Below, in pieces: positions 48,011-61,643 of a stretch of 64,000 bases of DNA (position 1 is the stretch's first letter; every line of letters begins with the position of its first letter). The notes under the pieces are model-generated. The model did not search any database. It had not been told where the DNA came from and was given only the letters and a program-made list of their open reading frames with translations. Where the stretch lies: assembly GCA_047495785.1 (NCBI GenBank), contig JBLDXI010000032.1:558001-622000 (forward strand), given 5' to 3'. The position numbers and the translations under genes are program-made. Source of the stretch: Lepidodermella squamata (lineage: Eukaryota; Animalia; Gastrotricha).

Positions 48011-50852
48011 ATGGGCTGGATTTACCTGTTTCTACTCCTTCTAAATGTCAAGTGGATTTTCGCAGCTGAGATCCATGAACACGAGTCCCTCGAATCCGCT
48101 ATAAGTGAGTTTTAATTTCAATTCATAATGTTCTTCAAATTGATCATTTCAGAGGAGCATGGTGTAGAAGTGGTCAACATAGCCCTCAGCGCTGAAAAGC
48201 GACTAATTAAGCAGTTGATGGATAACTACACTGTGGATGGGAAATTCGGAAGGCCCATCAAATCAATGTGAGTTCACTTATTTTAAGGTGGATGGATTGC
48301 TAGATCTCTATCAATATAGGAATAAGACCCTGAAAGTTGGCTACGGCATCAGCCTTATTCAAATCATGAATGTTGATGCCAAGGATCAGGTCCTGACGAC
48401 AAACATATGGTGCAAATATGTAAGTTGGATGAATGATATCTAGAAAGCCATTGTAATATATTTCTTCCGTTTCAGAAATGGCAAGATGAATCACTGCAAT
48501 GGGTTTGAAATCGTATATTGATTCGATTTTGAATTCAACTTTTGTATTTTAGGATCCAAAAAATCATGGCAATATCACCATAGTTAGAGTCCCGATAACC
48601 CATATTTGGAAGCCAGACTTTGTTCTTTACAACTACGCCGATGAGCGATTAACCGAGCAGCGCAACACAATGGCATTAGTCGATCCTATAGGAACGGTCA
48701 CTTACATTCCACCCGTGATTTTCAAAAGCTCATGCGCTATCGATACGACGAATTTCCCGTTCGATGAGCAAACTTGTCACATGAAATTCGGCTCTTGGAC
48801 TTACAACGGCAACGCGCTCGATCCGTACTTCATGGACGGGAAGGAATTTATTGATCTGAGTGAATACATGCCGTCTCAGGAATGGATCATTCTTGAACAT
48901 AATGCCAAGAAAAATGTTCACATCTACGAGGTAATTTGTTGGATTAATGATGCAATCTTTAAATTTTGCCATTCAGTGTTGTCCGAATGAGCCGTATCCG
49001 GATTTAACGTTTTACCTCAAATTGCGCCGCCGAGCGACGTTCTACAGCTATACCCTGGTATTGCCTTGCGTTCTTTTATCCTTCATCACAATGGTGCTTT
49101 TCATGCTGCCTCCGGAGACACCGGCGAAGATGCTTCTCGGGATCAACATTTACATCGCCTTCTTCATGCTGCTACTTCTTTTGAAAGAATCAACCCCGCC
49201 AACAGCAAAACGCATTCCAATATTAGGTCCGCCTTAATAAAACTAAGATTGTTCATCCAACGTAAAATTTCCTCTAGGAGCCTATTATTGCTTCAACATG
49301 GTGATGACCACGTGTTCCACTTTTTTCTGCGCTATACTGGTCGACATGCATTACCGGGCTGACAAGCGAAATCCACCTAGTAGATGGATAACTTACGTAA
49401 ATTTTAGAAAAATCTGTGTAATTTTAGTGAAATTTTGGTACTTTTATAGATAATAATTGAGGTGATTGCAAAAGCAATGCTTATCCACATTCCACCCAAC
49501 ATAGCACGATTCATCCATGACCAAAAAGAGCGCAGCCGTAAGAGGAGCACTGTCCGAAAAATCCTTCGCCTACGAAATCGAAGTGGCAGCGTCGTGAAAC
49601 ATCGAACACTAGTGACTCTGAAGGAGAGCATCTTGGAAATTCCGGAGCAAATGTGTGACTGCGTTGTTGTTCGAATTCACGAGTCTGACAGCCAGCCTGA
49701 CAGCAGGAAGACAAGCGTGCCAACCAACGTTTTCGACTCCACCGGAGCCAACGAGTTTCCTGTACCAAAGATCACGGTTAATGACGATGATGAGGATGAT
49801 GAATCATCTAGCAGTCAGGATTCTGGGAACAAATCTAACGCATCTCGTCGCCTGTTTGAGAACGAATCGACTTCAAGTGATGAATTCCTGCCATCCTGCA
49901 TTAGAAAAGACCGCGGGCCTGATACTTTGAACATACCAGGGAGATTCAGCGAGCAGAAAACTGACTTCCTAGGGCCATCAAATAAGTCCTATCGCAGCAG
50001 TTTCTCAGTTCCGGTACGAACTAGGGACAGCCAGGAGGAGGCCAGGCGGCGGTTGAGGGGGTCAAGCGTCACTATCTCCCCATTGAAACGAGGTGTATTT
50101 GTCGGAGCGACGGTGGATTCACGCCGTTATGGACCTCAGCGGCAGAGATCAAACAGTGCTAGGTTGTCAACAATTGATAGCTCCGCATCAGGCCGTGACA
50201 GCAGTTCTAACAGCAGAGTTGAAATTCGAAAGTTCATCAGCGCGAGGGATCCAGCTCCTGTGATTCGTCATTCGTTCAGCCACAGGGGGGTAATGCCTTC
50301 AACTTCATTCGACAAGAAGCACTACAACAAATTTGAGGTAAGTACCTTTAACTGTGAAATTTGAATGAAAAATCAAGCATTTCTCTTCAGATGCACTCGA
50401 CTCCGTCTTCACCTGCTGCCGATATGCTTAATTCCGTGCTTCATAAGCTTGATAGGCAGATTCTGGCGCTGTCGGCTCAGAATTCCGGAGAAATCTTAGG
50501 ATCAGCCCGATCCGCACCTGCTGTGTTGCAGAGTGAGCGATCTCATCGTCGAAAGGCTATAGCGCCGGCCGCTCATTACGACCCTGAGCAGTATGCACTA
50601 GCGATTCGGGTTGAAATCATGACAATCCGCGAGATGCTTGCTCGCTTCATTGCAAAAATGGCTGATAAGGATACGCATAAGCGGAGTGCTGAGGTCTGGC
50701 GCATGATTTCAATGGTTCTCGACCGAGTATTTCTGTTTGGTTACATTCTATCGATGATTTACTCGCTCACAGCCTTGTTTCCACAACGGCCGCCTGAATT
50801 GGCTGATAATGCACGTTATCCCAACGGAACTCTCATTCTCGACGATGAGTGA
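48011..50852 (+). CDS. Nicotinic acetylcholine receptor alpha-type subunit, predicted anion-selective, multi-exon
   Basis: Signal peptide, WKPD..LYN, Cys-loop CAIDTTNFPFDEQTC, GSWTY, loop C YE|CC..EPY, PPETPAK before M2 and an M4 motif (MVLDRVFL). Confidence 0.93.
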
Positions 50853-51413
50853 TGCATTCCATAAGTTATCATCAACTGTCGAAGCTGACGGTAATAAAAT
50901 AATAAATTCCCACATGGTTGGTTATTTTTTGCTTCAATGGTAAATGTGTTTCCGCCCGTAGTTTCCGCCTTGTGTTTCGGGCAGAAACTCGATTTCTGCC
51001 CTCAACACCGTTAAGGATTCCTTAATTTTCTTATCGTTCACCAAAAGATTATCTTGAAATATCGCAGCTCGTATCGACTAACCTAGTTCAACCCGAATTA
51101 GCTGCCTGGGAATCGCGTTTGATTAATTTTGCTGGGTAATTTAGCATGTCATTATAGTTAGATTGTTTATGATTAGGTGTAGAAAACCGACTGGGAATGA
51201 TCGATGTCAGAATAAATTGGTTCACATTTAGGTTGATTTTTCGTTCCTTTCGAGCAGACAGAGGTCTTGTGGTCATATGGTATATTTTCAACATGGACTT
51301 TCGACAAAATGTAAGGACAGCGCGGGAGCATGTTTTGTTGAAACGAAACGAACGAAAAACTTTTTTATTTAAAAAGAAAAAAAAGGATTAGGATATTTGC
51401 CATTCATCAGCAC

Positions 51414-52704
51414 TTAACAGCCGTTTTGTTCTGGGGATGGTCTCATTTTGTCAAAGAAAAATTTCGAAAATATCTCTCGGGAAATTGGATCGGATCGGTG
51501 CAGTAACGCGTTTGAGTCCACAAGCGTAACTATCCGCTGAAAATGGCGCCCCATGGCTAGTTTGAGTTGATCAGCTAGCATAAGAGCCAACTTTGCCTTT
51601 TCCTTGCTCCCCAACGAAATAGCCAAATATTCCTCCGCTGCCATCCTATATCGCCCTCCATTGCCTGAATCTATACGAAGAGAGCATGAGATCTCCGAGA
51701 TCTCCAAGGTTTTAGCATCAACTTACCGTTAAAAAAGACATATGCACAGAGCAATGCCATGTCAGCTTTTGTGAGTGGGCCCAGCTCTTTGAATCGGCTA
51801 TGAATATTTTCTAAATCTTCGATTGCCATCTAGCATGGGCTGTCTGATGACAATTGCGTTTTAAATAATATAAAAAGCTTACAATTATGAACGGAAACAA
51901 TTGAATCAGTTTTGCTTGCGGATGCTGACTTAGACCGTAGAAGAAAAGACCGCAAGTGCCGTCCCCCGCATCCAAAAACTTCAGCATTGCGATAGACATA
52001 AATGATTTGCTGAAATATTGGCATCTTTCATGAATGGTGAGATTTGAATATCCAGATAACGAGCGAACGAAATGGCTGGTTAGCAAGGAAAACCGACGGG
52101 TACGATATTCCCTTGCCCAGCCGATGAGTTCCTCCCGGCTATGTAATGCCTCACCCGCTTTTCCCATCTCCTTTGCCTGTTAAAAAGTTCTTGGAATTTA
52201 CTTGCAATAAAATGTCAGTAAAACCTACGATTTCCAGTAATTTATCCAAGATTGAGTAAGCGTTGACTGTCGAACGAAGATCATACTCTTTTTTAACTAA
52301 GGCATGTTGTATTGGTTGATCAATAATGGCTGTGTTCTTTCTTGGGGAACAATGTTTCTGCCTCGCGGCTTCTATAAGTGCTTCACATTTTTTATAGCGA
52401 CAAGCAGAGCACAACTTTGACTCCGACTTAACATCTGTTTTGCAATTTCCTTTCCCCCACCAGCAGTGGTATTCACGGTTTTTAGCTTGATAATAAAATT
52501 TCTGAAACGGAAAACGATACATCCGATCCGGGTGAAAATAAGTATAATTTCTTTTTACCTTGCAAGGGTCACACATGACAATACCTAGTCGAACTGCATT
52601 GGCCACTCTACCACAAATCTGTCAAAGGAATCAGAAATCCTGATGTGGAGATCGAACAGCTTCAAAGAACCTACGTCGCACGCTTGTTTAAAGGTTGTAG
52701 ACAT
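51414..52704 (-). CDS. Divergent nuclear receptor NR-1 (DNA-binding domain plus short ligand-binding domain), 6 exons
   Basis: Spliced CD|ICGRVANAVRLGIVMCDPCK|KF..C..C..CSACRYKKC gives Cx2Cx13Cx2C. FVRSLSGYSNL..ER resembles the LBD signature. Confidence 0.85.
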
Positions 52705-53689
52705 AATTCAAATAACGCCTTCTCGCTTCATCAACAGGGGAAAAAGGCATGAATTAAGGCCATTATTTTACATAAGCGAACTTAAAAGGAATCTTTGTAA
52801 TTCATATTCTATGCGCATCCTTATTCATAATTCTTTGAAAGAAGGATTGAGCCTTGGGAATTTTGGGTTCCTGAAATCAGAAAATAGTAAGACATTTCAG
52901 AAAATCATTCCTTTTGACAGGCAACCGAGTCCTCGTCTCCCGCAAAATGAATACAACTCGGGATATAAAGGCCTTGGATTTCATGCCCCCGCATTACTCT
53001 TCAATTTTTTCACCTAATTCCCGGCAGGCGGCAGGCGACAGTAATTCGGGGTTGAGCCGACCTGTGAACTGATAGGAACGACTGAGTAATTAGCTAAGAC
53101 AGACCTGCTCACATTGTATACATTTTACATTTGTGAACTATGAAGTTCGAAAAGGACACTGTATGCAGCGGACAGAGTGTTTCATGTTTGTGATTGCCCA
53201 TTTATCACTTCACTGGTTTTGCCGCAAGATAGCCGGAGCCTGTATAGCGAGGCGTGCCCAAATACCGCCCCCGAGAGGCAACTTCATTAGTAGTATTCTA
53301 ACGGAAGAGTCCTAAAAGAAGCAACTTGTGCTGGCTATCACCGCGATTATAATAGGAATTCGCTCAGGCAAGGATTTTCTTGCTCGCATGCAACTTAGCA
53401 AGGTAGGAGACGTATTAAAGAAAAAGGGGATACGCATGGGATACTCTATATAGAACATTTTACAAATTCAATTACTTTCCTAAACTCAATTCCTAGAAAT
53501 GTTGAATTGTGTATAATAATTGTTGTAGTAGTCGCCCGTACGTGTTTGGGTAACGGTGCTCGTCGCTATACCCTATACCACTCCGCGCTCTGGCCGCTCT
53601 CAAACGTGCCCACGACGTTTACTGAAAATTTAACGAATTTGAACTAACCACGTTACACTGCACACGGGCCAATCACCCCGTCGTTACAT

Positions 53690-54790
53690 GCCAGTCTAGC
53701 TAGGGGAGTTCCTTCAGCGTTCCACCAAGTGGCAATTGCCCCTTGGTCGAGTAGATATTCGATAAGCTTTGCGTGGTAGTTATGCTCTTGACCCTTTGTA
53801 GCTGTTTCGAATTCATGGTCTTGAATTTGGAACAAAGCTTATCGAATTTGGCTGGCGTTTTGTGCGCGCGATTGCGCAACACGTGAGGGCGCGCACAAGT
53901 CGAGCGCACAAAATCTCGAATTATACCCAAATTTATTTTTTTATTCAATTAGTCCACGATCAAGATGACACGTCAGACTTATCGAATTATCTAAAATTCG
54001 AATGGATTCGATTATTTAAATTTGAAGTTTAATGAATTATTATGACTTGCAAAATTGCGCGTGCACAAGTTAAAGTCATGCATGGTTTTTATTGAGCGCG
54101 TAGCGGACCAATCAGAGTGCGCGCGTGGAGGGGACTTAGGCGGCCCTGAATATGTGCGATATCGTGACTCCGTTAGCAAACAGCAGTTAGGCGATCTCAA
54201 TTAGTGAAATCTCATCTTCCTGCGGCTGTGACACAAACGCTGAAAGATTGAGAGCGTCGTAATGGCGTCAAATAATCCATCCCTAAAATCTCTCTCAACG
54301 CGCCACTGAGCCTAATTCATCCTCCCGTTAGTCGTCATCCCTATTTTATCGATACCATCTAGCAAATCAGCATTTGCAGCAGCATCGCTTAGACTAATGT
54401 AAGCGTTTTGCAACTCTTTTTCCTTGCGCTCCAAAGCAAGAGAAAGTAAAGTTGTTGTTCTATTTTCAGCAACCAGACTTCTGGCAGCCCTAACATCAAG
54501 ATATTCCAGCAGTTGTTCCAATGTATCCTGGCTTTTAATTGCGAAACGAATGGGAGTCCGATTGTAGCTAGTAGCTATCCCGCTCTAGGAGGAGATCAGG
54601 TAGGTGGAAGTAGGTAGTAGTATGTGGAAAACCCTCGGGTCCCTTCTTTCATTGACTGCCAAAACTGTTAGGGATTGCCAGCTTCATTATGCCAAGTCAC
54701 GTTAGCTCCTTGATCGAGAAGGTAATAAAAAAATTAGCGCATATAACCCATGCGCCATGCGCTATACCGGTGATAGCCTTTCGCAGTCAC
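53690..54790 (-). pseudogene. Deleted remnants of both ankyrin-Sushi genes
   Basis: 53690-53835 and 54160-54600 match parts of 58500-59790; 54643-54785 matches ~62100-62235. Frameshifts and internal deletions are present. Confidence 0.85.
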
Positions 54791-54870
54791 ATTACTTAGA
54801 GCCACTGTTTTTGCCGTATCGAGGGAATCAAGTTATTGTTCGAAAATTAGCTCCTCATCTTGATTGTGGG

Positions 54871-55241
54871 TCATTCACATCGTTCGACAAGAAGCATTAC
54901 AGCAAATTTGAGGTATATGTATGTGGATTCTGAATATGAACATTTCACAAGTTTTTCCCACTAGACGCACTCGACGCCGTCTTCACCTGCTGCCGAAATG
55001 CTTGATTCCGTGCTTCATAAGCTTCATCGGCAGATTCTGGTTGAAATTGGCTGATAAGGATACACATAAGCGGAGTGCTGAAGTCTGGCGCATGATTTCA
55101 ATGGTTCTCGACCGAGTATTTCTGTTTGGTTACATTCTATCGATGATTTACTCGCTCACAGCCTTGTTTCCACAACGGCCGCCCGAATTGGCTGATAATG
55201 CACGTTGTCCCAACGGAACTCTCATTCTCGACGATGAGTGA
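54871..55241 (+). pseudogene. Duplicated, internally deleted 3' fragment of the nAChR gene
   Basis: FDKKHY.KFE exon end, plus a near-identical ADKDTHKRSAEVW..LDDE* M4 segment and 3' UTR. Confidence 0.9.
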
Positions 55242-55523
55242 CTTGATGCATTCCATAAGTTATCATAAACTATGGAAGACGACGCTAATAAAATAATAAA
55301 TTTACTTGGCGTACATTTTTGAATTACAGTAAATTTAATTGCAGATTGAGCCAACAGTGTTTAGTAATTTGTGAAAAATTGGTGCGTTCCGCTGGGCAAT
55401 TTAGCTACCTTAAGACGTCCAATAAGATGCGTGTCAACACGAAAATATGATTATAGAAAGCCGACTATAGAACGATTGATTAGTTTGCTTAAGGGCTCAA
55501 GTGTTATTCTTTTCAGCCCTGTC

Positions 55524-56753
55524 TCAGGAAAAATAAGACAATATATCTTTGGAAATAGTATTGGCTCGGCGCTGCAGAACACTTGAGTCCACAAACGTTA
55601 GTATGCGCTGAAAATGGCGACCCATGGCTAGTTTGAGCTGATCAGCTAACATAATGGCCAGTTTAGCCTTTTCATTGCTCCCTAACGATGTAGACAAATA
55701 TCCCTCCGTGATAACCCTATTTCGGTCTGCACCACCCAGATCTAGAAGAAGGGAACATGTAATCTATATTAAATAACTTCCTGTAATCTAACCGTTAAAA
55801 AAAACGAAAGCACAGAGCAATGCCATGTCAGCTTGTGAGAGTGGGCCTAACTCTTTAAACCGGCTATGAAGATCCTCCAAGTCTTCAATCGTTAGCTATC
55901 ATTAGCACAGTTTGAAATAATACTTGCTTGAAGGTAAACAAATAACTTACAATGGAGAATGGGAATAACTGAACGATTCTTGCTTGCAGATGCTGACTTA
56001 GACCGTATAGGCCTTCATCTCCCGCATCCAAAAACTTCAGCATTGTGATAGCCATGAAGGATTTACTGAACGATTGGCATACTTCATGAATATTGAAATT
56101 CGAATACCCAGGTAACGCTCGAACGAAATGGCTGGTTACCAGGGAATACCGACGCATAAGATATTCGCATGACCAGCTGACCATTACTTCTAGACCATGA
56201 AGTGTAACGTCCGCTTTTCTCATCTCCTCAGCCTGTTATTAAGCATCAAATTGAATTGCGATGACATTTAAGGAGAACTTACGATTTCTAGTAGTTGATT
56301 CAATGATGAGTAAGCGTTGACTATCGAACGAAGATCGTGCTCTTTCTCAACTAGAGTAAGTTCTATGGGCTGATCAATGATGGCAGTTTTCTTTCTTGGC
56401 GTGCAATGCTTCTGCCTCGCGGTCTCAATCAGAGTTTCGCATTTTTTATAGCGGCAAGCAGCGCACAGCTTCGACTTGGTGTTCACTTCTATTTTGCAGC
56501 TCCCGCTCCCCCACCAGCAAGAGTACGCACGTTGTTTAGCTCGGTAGTAAAACTTCTGTTATGAAAACGAAAGAAACTTTCGTTGAGTCCATACATTTCC
56601 GAAACTAAACCTTGCAAGGATCACACATGACAATACCCAGACGAACTTCATTGGCAACCCTACCACAGATCTGTTGAAGAGATATGGATTCGTATGAAAA
56701 TATCATGACTCAATAAAACATACTTCGCAATTTTGCTTAGAAGTTGTAGACAT
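55524..56753 (-). CDS. Divergent nuclear receptor NR-2, paralog of NR-1, 6 exons
   Basis: MSTTSKQNCE|ICGRVANEVRLGIVMCDPCK|KFYYRAK..CAACRYKKC and FVRALPGYSNF. Frame stays open across the same introns. Confidence 0.82.
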
Positions 56754-58040
56754 AATTCCATGTAACTGAGAACTACCACTTCATCTTTGACATTTTGCAT
56801 TTTGAGGTAAATGATACAGCTTTGTGAACCCTGAAGTGCGACGTGGACGACGTGCTCTGTTCTGTGATTGCCCATTTATCACATCGCTGATGTTCCTGTA
56901 ATCTCAAATTAGTCTGCATCGCTAGGAACGTCCAAACACCACCCCCGTACGATTGAAATCACAATAAATTTAGGCTGCTGAGGGCTAAACTGATCCGGGT
57001 TATCAAGCGCATATCTCTTTCAGCTTTCCCCTTGTCACAATGTCGTCCAGGGCTGTTAACAAGTTTGACCTAGTAACAAGGCTATTCAAAAATAGCGCGT
57101 CGCTTTTACCGATTTGACCGAGAAAATCGCGCGATGGAGCCTGTTTATTAGAGTAATTGAAAACGACCAGATTTTTTCGGTCAATATTTTGGGAACAAGA
57201 AATTATGCCACGTGCTGTCTTACAGCTTTTTGCCCTATTATCTCTGCCTGGGAAGTGTCTGGGCTATGGACTCTTGCTCCTAATATCTCAAGACCCGAAC
57301 GAAGAGAGTTTTATCAAGTACTACTTTTCTCGTGTTTTTTTCTAGTATGGACTCAGGGCCCATGACCTCCTGAACCCGCGCTGTGGACCTCGATAACCGC
57401 GCTTGTTATCTTCGCTCTCCGCACTCGGATACAATGCCGATGCCCGAACCCGGCCGAGGTAAGCGCGCCTGCAGCAATACACTAGCCTACTTGTTTTCTG
57501 CGCCGCACTCGGGTTGACACCTGGGTTTGCGCGTATTCATGCAGCCGGGTGTGGGCTTGCCAAAGCGCTCCAACAGCATTTTTTTCTGAAACCGAAATAA
57601 CTGACCAAGCGGACTTGATTTTCAAACTTTTTACCTCTTGATTTTTGTTAAGAGGTACTTATAATAACTTTCTCGGGATCAAGGAAAGCGGCCAACAATT
57701 TTGGACATATTTTTGTAATTCTGCGAGTTGTTTTGAAAATTACTGACAAAACAATTGAATTAACTGGTAAAAAGGAATCAAGGAAATTCCTGGTGAAAGA
57801 AGTTTTACTGGAAAATGGGAAAGCGAGAAAATTTACTGCGGAAAGAAACAATTTGCTGGAAACCAGGTAGCTCTAGTTGCAAAATAGTGAACAGTTGGGT
57901 GCAATATTTGAAAAAACGAAAATTCAATTATGAGCTCTTTTCTCGGCATGTGGCTAAAATATCCTGTTTTCATCATTCATCGATATAACAGATAATACTG
58001 AGTTCATGTAGGAGATTTGAAAAGCAAGATGGCTCGCCGA

Positions 58041-61000
58041 TCAAATGGTAGAGCAAAATTCGTCAGTGCAGGAGTCCTTCCTTGCTCCTCTGCGGATCAT
58101 CAGCTTAGCTGTGAGACGTTCCTTGTAACGGGCTGCGAGATTGAGAGCTTCGTCCAACTCGCTGGCGCCATTGTCCAGAAGCAGCCTAACCATTTCCACC
58201 GCCCCATCTCTGGCTGCTATCATTAAAGCTGAATTTCCATCGGCATTTCTGTGGTTTAGAACAGCACCATGTTTTATTAGCAGCTTCACGAGTTGCATTA
58301 TGTTGAACGAAGCGGCATGCATTACTGCAGTCATACCGAAATCATTTGCGCGATTAACATCTGCTCCTTTACTAATGAGGTAAGAAACAAGATCTACCCC
58401 ACCGTATGCCAGTAAATCTGTGCCTCCGGAATTGCGCACATTCATAAGATCAACGCCGCGACTTTCCAATAACTGCATAAACGATAGGCCGCAATTCTTG
58501 TAACATGCAAGTATAGCTAGGGGGGTTCCTCTAGCACTCCGCCATGTGACATTTGCCCCTTGGTCGAGTAGATATTCGAGAAGCTTCGCATGGTAGTTAT
58601 GCCCTTGACCATCGATAGCTGTTTCTAAATCAGAGTCTCGAATTAAGAACAAACCGTGCTCGACCAGATATCTCACAGCGTCCAATCGACCAAATCGAAG
58701 CTGGTTTTCTAATACATCCCGGTTTGATAGGTCGAGGCCATTATTTAGAAGAAACTCCAAAACGTCTATGTCTTCGATTTTCATTTGACTAATCTCGCGG
58801 CTAAACCTTTCCGTGGTGACATTTTCTCCTTTCCCAACGAAAAATTTTACCAGTTCATAGCTTTTCTTGCGGAACGCAATAAGAGTGGGTGAGAAGTATT
58901 CATCGTCTGATATCGTGACTCCGTTAGCGAACAAAAGCTTGGCGATCTCAATTCGTGAAATCTCATCTTCCTGGCTGTGACATAAACGCTGAAGGATTGA
59001 GGGCTTCGTAACGGCGTCAAAAAATCCATCCCTAAATTCTCTCTCATCGCGCCACTGAGCCAAATTCATCTTCCCGTTAGTCGCCATCAGTATTTTATCG
59101 ATAAGACCTCTGGCCTGTAGCAAATCAGCATTTGCAGCAGCATCGCTTAGACCCATGTACGCGTTTTGCAACTCGTTTTCCGTCAGATCCTATATATTGT
59201 AATAAGGCCTATTTCGGCGATTTACTAACAGGAGAATCGTTCTTCTTACCTCATAAACTTTTCCAGGTTTCGGAATCCATTCCGGGCACTTACCATGCTC
59301 CTTCACACAGGTAGTTTTCATAGCTTCAATGAGCGTGAGTATAGCGGGTGACCAGTGAACGGTTAGTGTCGCATTTATCGGCAGCCTTTCTCCGGGTCTC
59401 ACTCTAACAATGAAGTGGGATTCCATTCGCAAGTTCTGCAGCGGTACCACACAGTAATTTGCTGACTTGCACTTCATCTTGTTCGTCATCGAATTCGCGA
59501 TGCCCTGAAGGCCTAAGGATTTTGCACGATCTATTGGCGACAGGCCATCCGATGCATCTGTTGCATACGGATCTGCTTCGTACTTTGAAATCAGGAGTTC
59601 AGCAGCCTGAATGCAGTTGCGCTCCACAGCAAGAGAAAGCAACGTTTTTGTTGTGTTGTCAGCAACCAGACTTCTGGCCGCCCTAACATCGAGGTATCCC
59701 AGCAATTGTTCCATAGCCAATGTATCGTGGCATTGAATTGCGAAATGAATGGGTGTCCGATTGTAGCTGTCTCGCTCTAGGAGGAGATCAGGCCATCTGT
59801 AGGCCAAATACCTGGCCATTTCCCATCGTTGTAAAGAAACCGCTCTATGAAGTGGGGTCTGGTCAAACGGATCAATTTGTTCCCTGACAACTCTGAACGT
59901 TCTATCGGCCCAAATTATCTCTTTAAATGCTTGAACATTTCCTATGTCAATTGCTCGAAATAGCGGTGTTCTTCCTTCGAAATCGAGCACAGTCAAATTC
60001 ATTTCGGCCCTGTCGCATAGGCGATAATAGTCATCGCTCAACAATCCATCGATTGCCCTGAAAATGGGATGTTCTTCGGGATGTTCAAAGTCTACAGATC
60101 GATTCGCTGCTCCGATAGATTCTAAAACCTCCATAAAACTGCTTGGTTTATGTCGATCTGAAATTGCAACCTCGGCGACGTCGTATGGTGTCATCCCGGC
60201 TAAGTCAGTTTGATGTATCAAAGATGGGTCCTTTCTCAGAAGCATGCCAATTATTTTAGCCTCAGATTCGGCATCACTTTCAAAAAGCAGTATGTCCTCG
60301 AAATCTCGGCTTGCTTTCATCAGGTCCTTCCTCAAACTACCATCATACAATGACATGGAGTGTAACAACGTTCCTCCCAGCGAGTTTCGGATTGTGACAT
60401 CAACCCCTTTTTCAATGAAAAGCTTCACCGCTTCTGTGTTACGATGGATAGCCGCTAAATGAAGCGCTGGTCCCCACAAATGCTGAAACTCATCGCCCTC
60501 TCGCCCTGGAAACTGGCATTTCGAACGATTCAAAATTTTAACCACCAAAGGTTTTTCAAGGATTTTTCGCAAAACTGTGAAGTTTCCCAAAAGGCAAGCA
60601 TAACACAGCGGAGTTTGTCCCAACGAGTCTTCAACTGTTAAATCCAAGAAATCGAGAAACTTCTCGAGGAACACGAATTTGTTTTTCCGAATGGCGTAAT
60701 GACTGATGCTCTCGGCAGGAGTGTGCAAGGTGGTAGTAGGATAAGCGTAGGCTAAACCTCTTTGATTATAGGGGCAAACGAATGACTTGACCCGAGGTTG
60801 TGTTTTTAAAACCCATTCCAGTGCTTTGTACCGATCCTTCTCGAGTAGAATGAGCGCGGGAGATTCACGGAGTATTGTACAAGTCTCCAGGCTGGCATTT
60901 CCTATGTTGACGAGGGACTCTAAGGCTGCGATAATGTTATCTTCCGTCTTGTCATAACTAGAGGCAGCAACAGAGACTGCAGCTTGCATCAATGAGCTTG

Positions 61001-61466
61001 AGCGAAGGTTCATGATATTCTGATAGTCGTCAGGATACTTTGTGACCATCGCTCGGACAAGGCGCTCGATAACCTCAGGTTCACATTCCTCGGCAGCAGT
61101 GTGCAGCAATGTTCGACCATAGGAGTCAACTTCATTGAGTTCAGTATGGTTGTAAGACAGTAGTAAATCCAACGTATCTACATAAGACCTCTCAACTGCG
61201 GCACGGAGCAATGTCTTGTTTTTTGAATTCCTGAGATTGATTGCACCGGGATTTTTCTCGATAATTTTCGCAAAATTATCGTTCAAGTAATAACGCATTT
61301 CGCTTTCCAATCCGTCTATATCTGTGGGCGTTAGTACCTTTGGGAGCTCTGGACATCGTGGAGGGTGACTTAGCTCAACAGTATCCGACTGAATGGAATA
61401 CTGGCATTTGGCGATGGTGATAGCAACCACATTTATGATGAAGAAAGTTACAGAAAATCGAATCAT
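58041..61466 (-). CDS. Predicted secreted ankyrin-repeat / Sushi-like / ankyrin-repeat protein (ANK-1), intron 59190-59249
   Basis: Signal peptide MIRFSVTFFIINVVAITIAKC and many G.TPLH.A-type repeats. A 60-nt GT-AG intron joins the 764 and 376 aa ORFs in frame. Confidence 0.85.
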
Positions 61467-61643
61467 TACTGATCTAGCAAACAAATATCACGGTTAAACT
61501 TATATCATATACATAGCTTATAATGGGTCATATCAACTGAACTGGATGTAAAATGAGTTTTCGGCCGCTGGAATTTTTTATTTCAAATACTACCGTAGTG
61601 TTGCCTGAGTTAATTAAAATGCAAAAACAATCCATCTCAAATA

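Noticed and set aside
52502-52558. Apparent 19-aa insertion after the NR-1 P-box
   Set aside because: It is an in-frame 57-nt GT-AG intron, matched by an intron at the same site in NR-2.
53020-53110. GC-rich patch with CTGATA resembling a hammerhead ribozyme core
   Set aside because: It lacks the CUGAUGA..GAAA core and supporting stems.
59172-59250. Ankyrin ORF pairs as separate genes or a programmed frameshift
   Set aside because: Canonical 60-nt and 50-nt introns at the same position in both paralogs join them.
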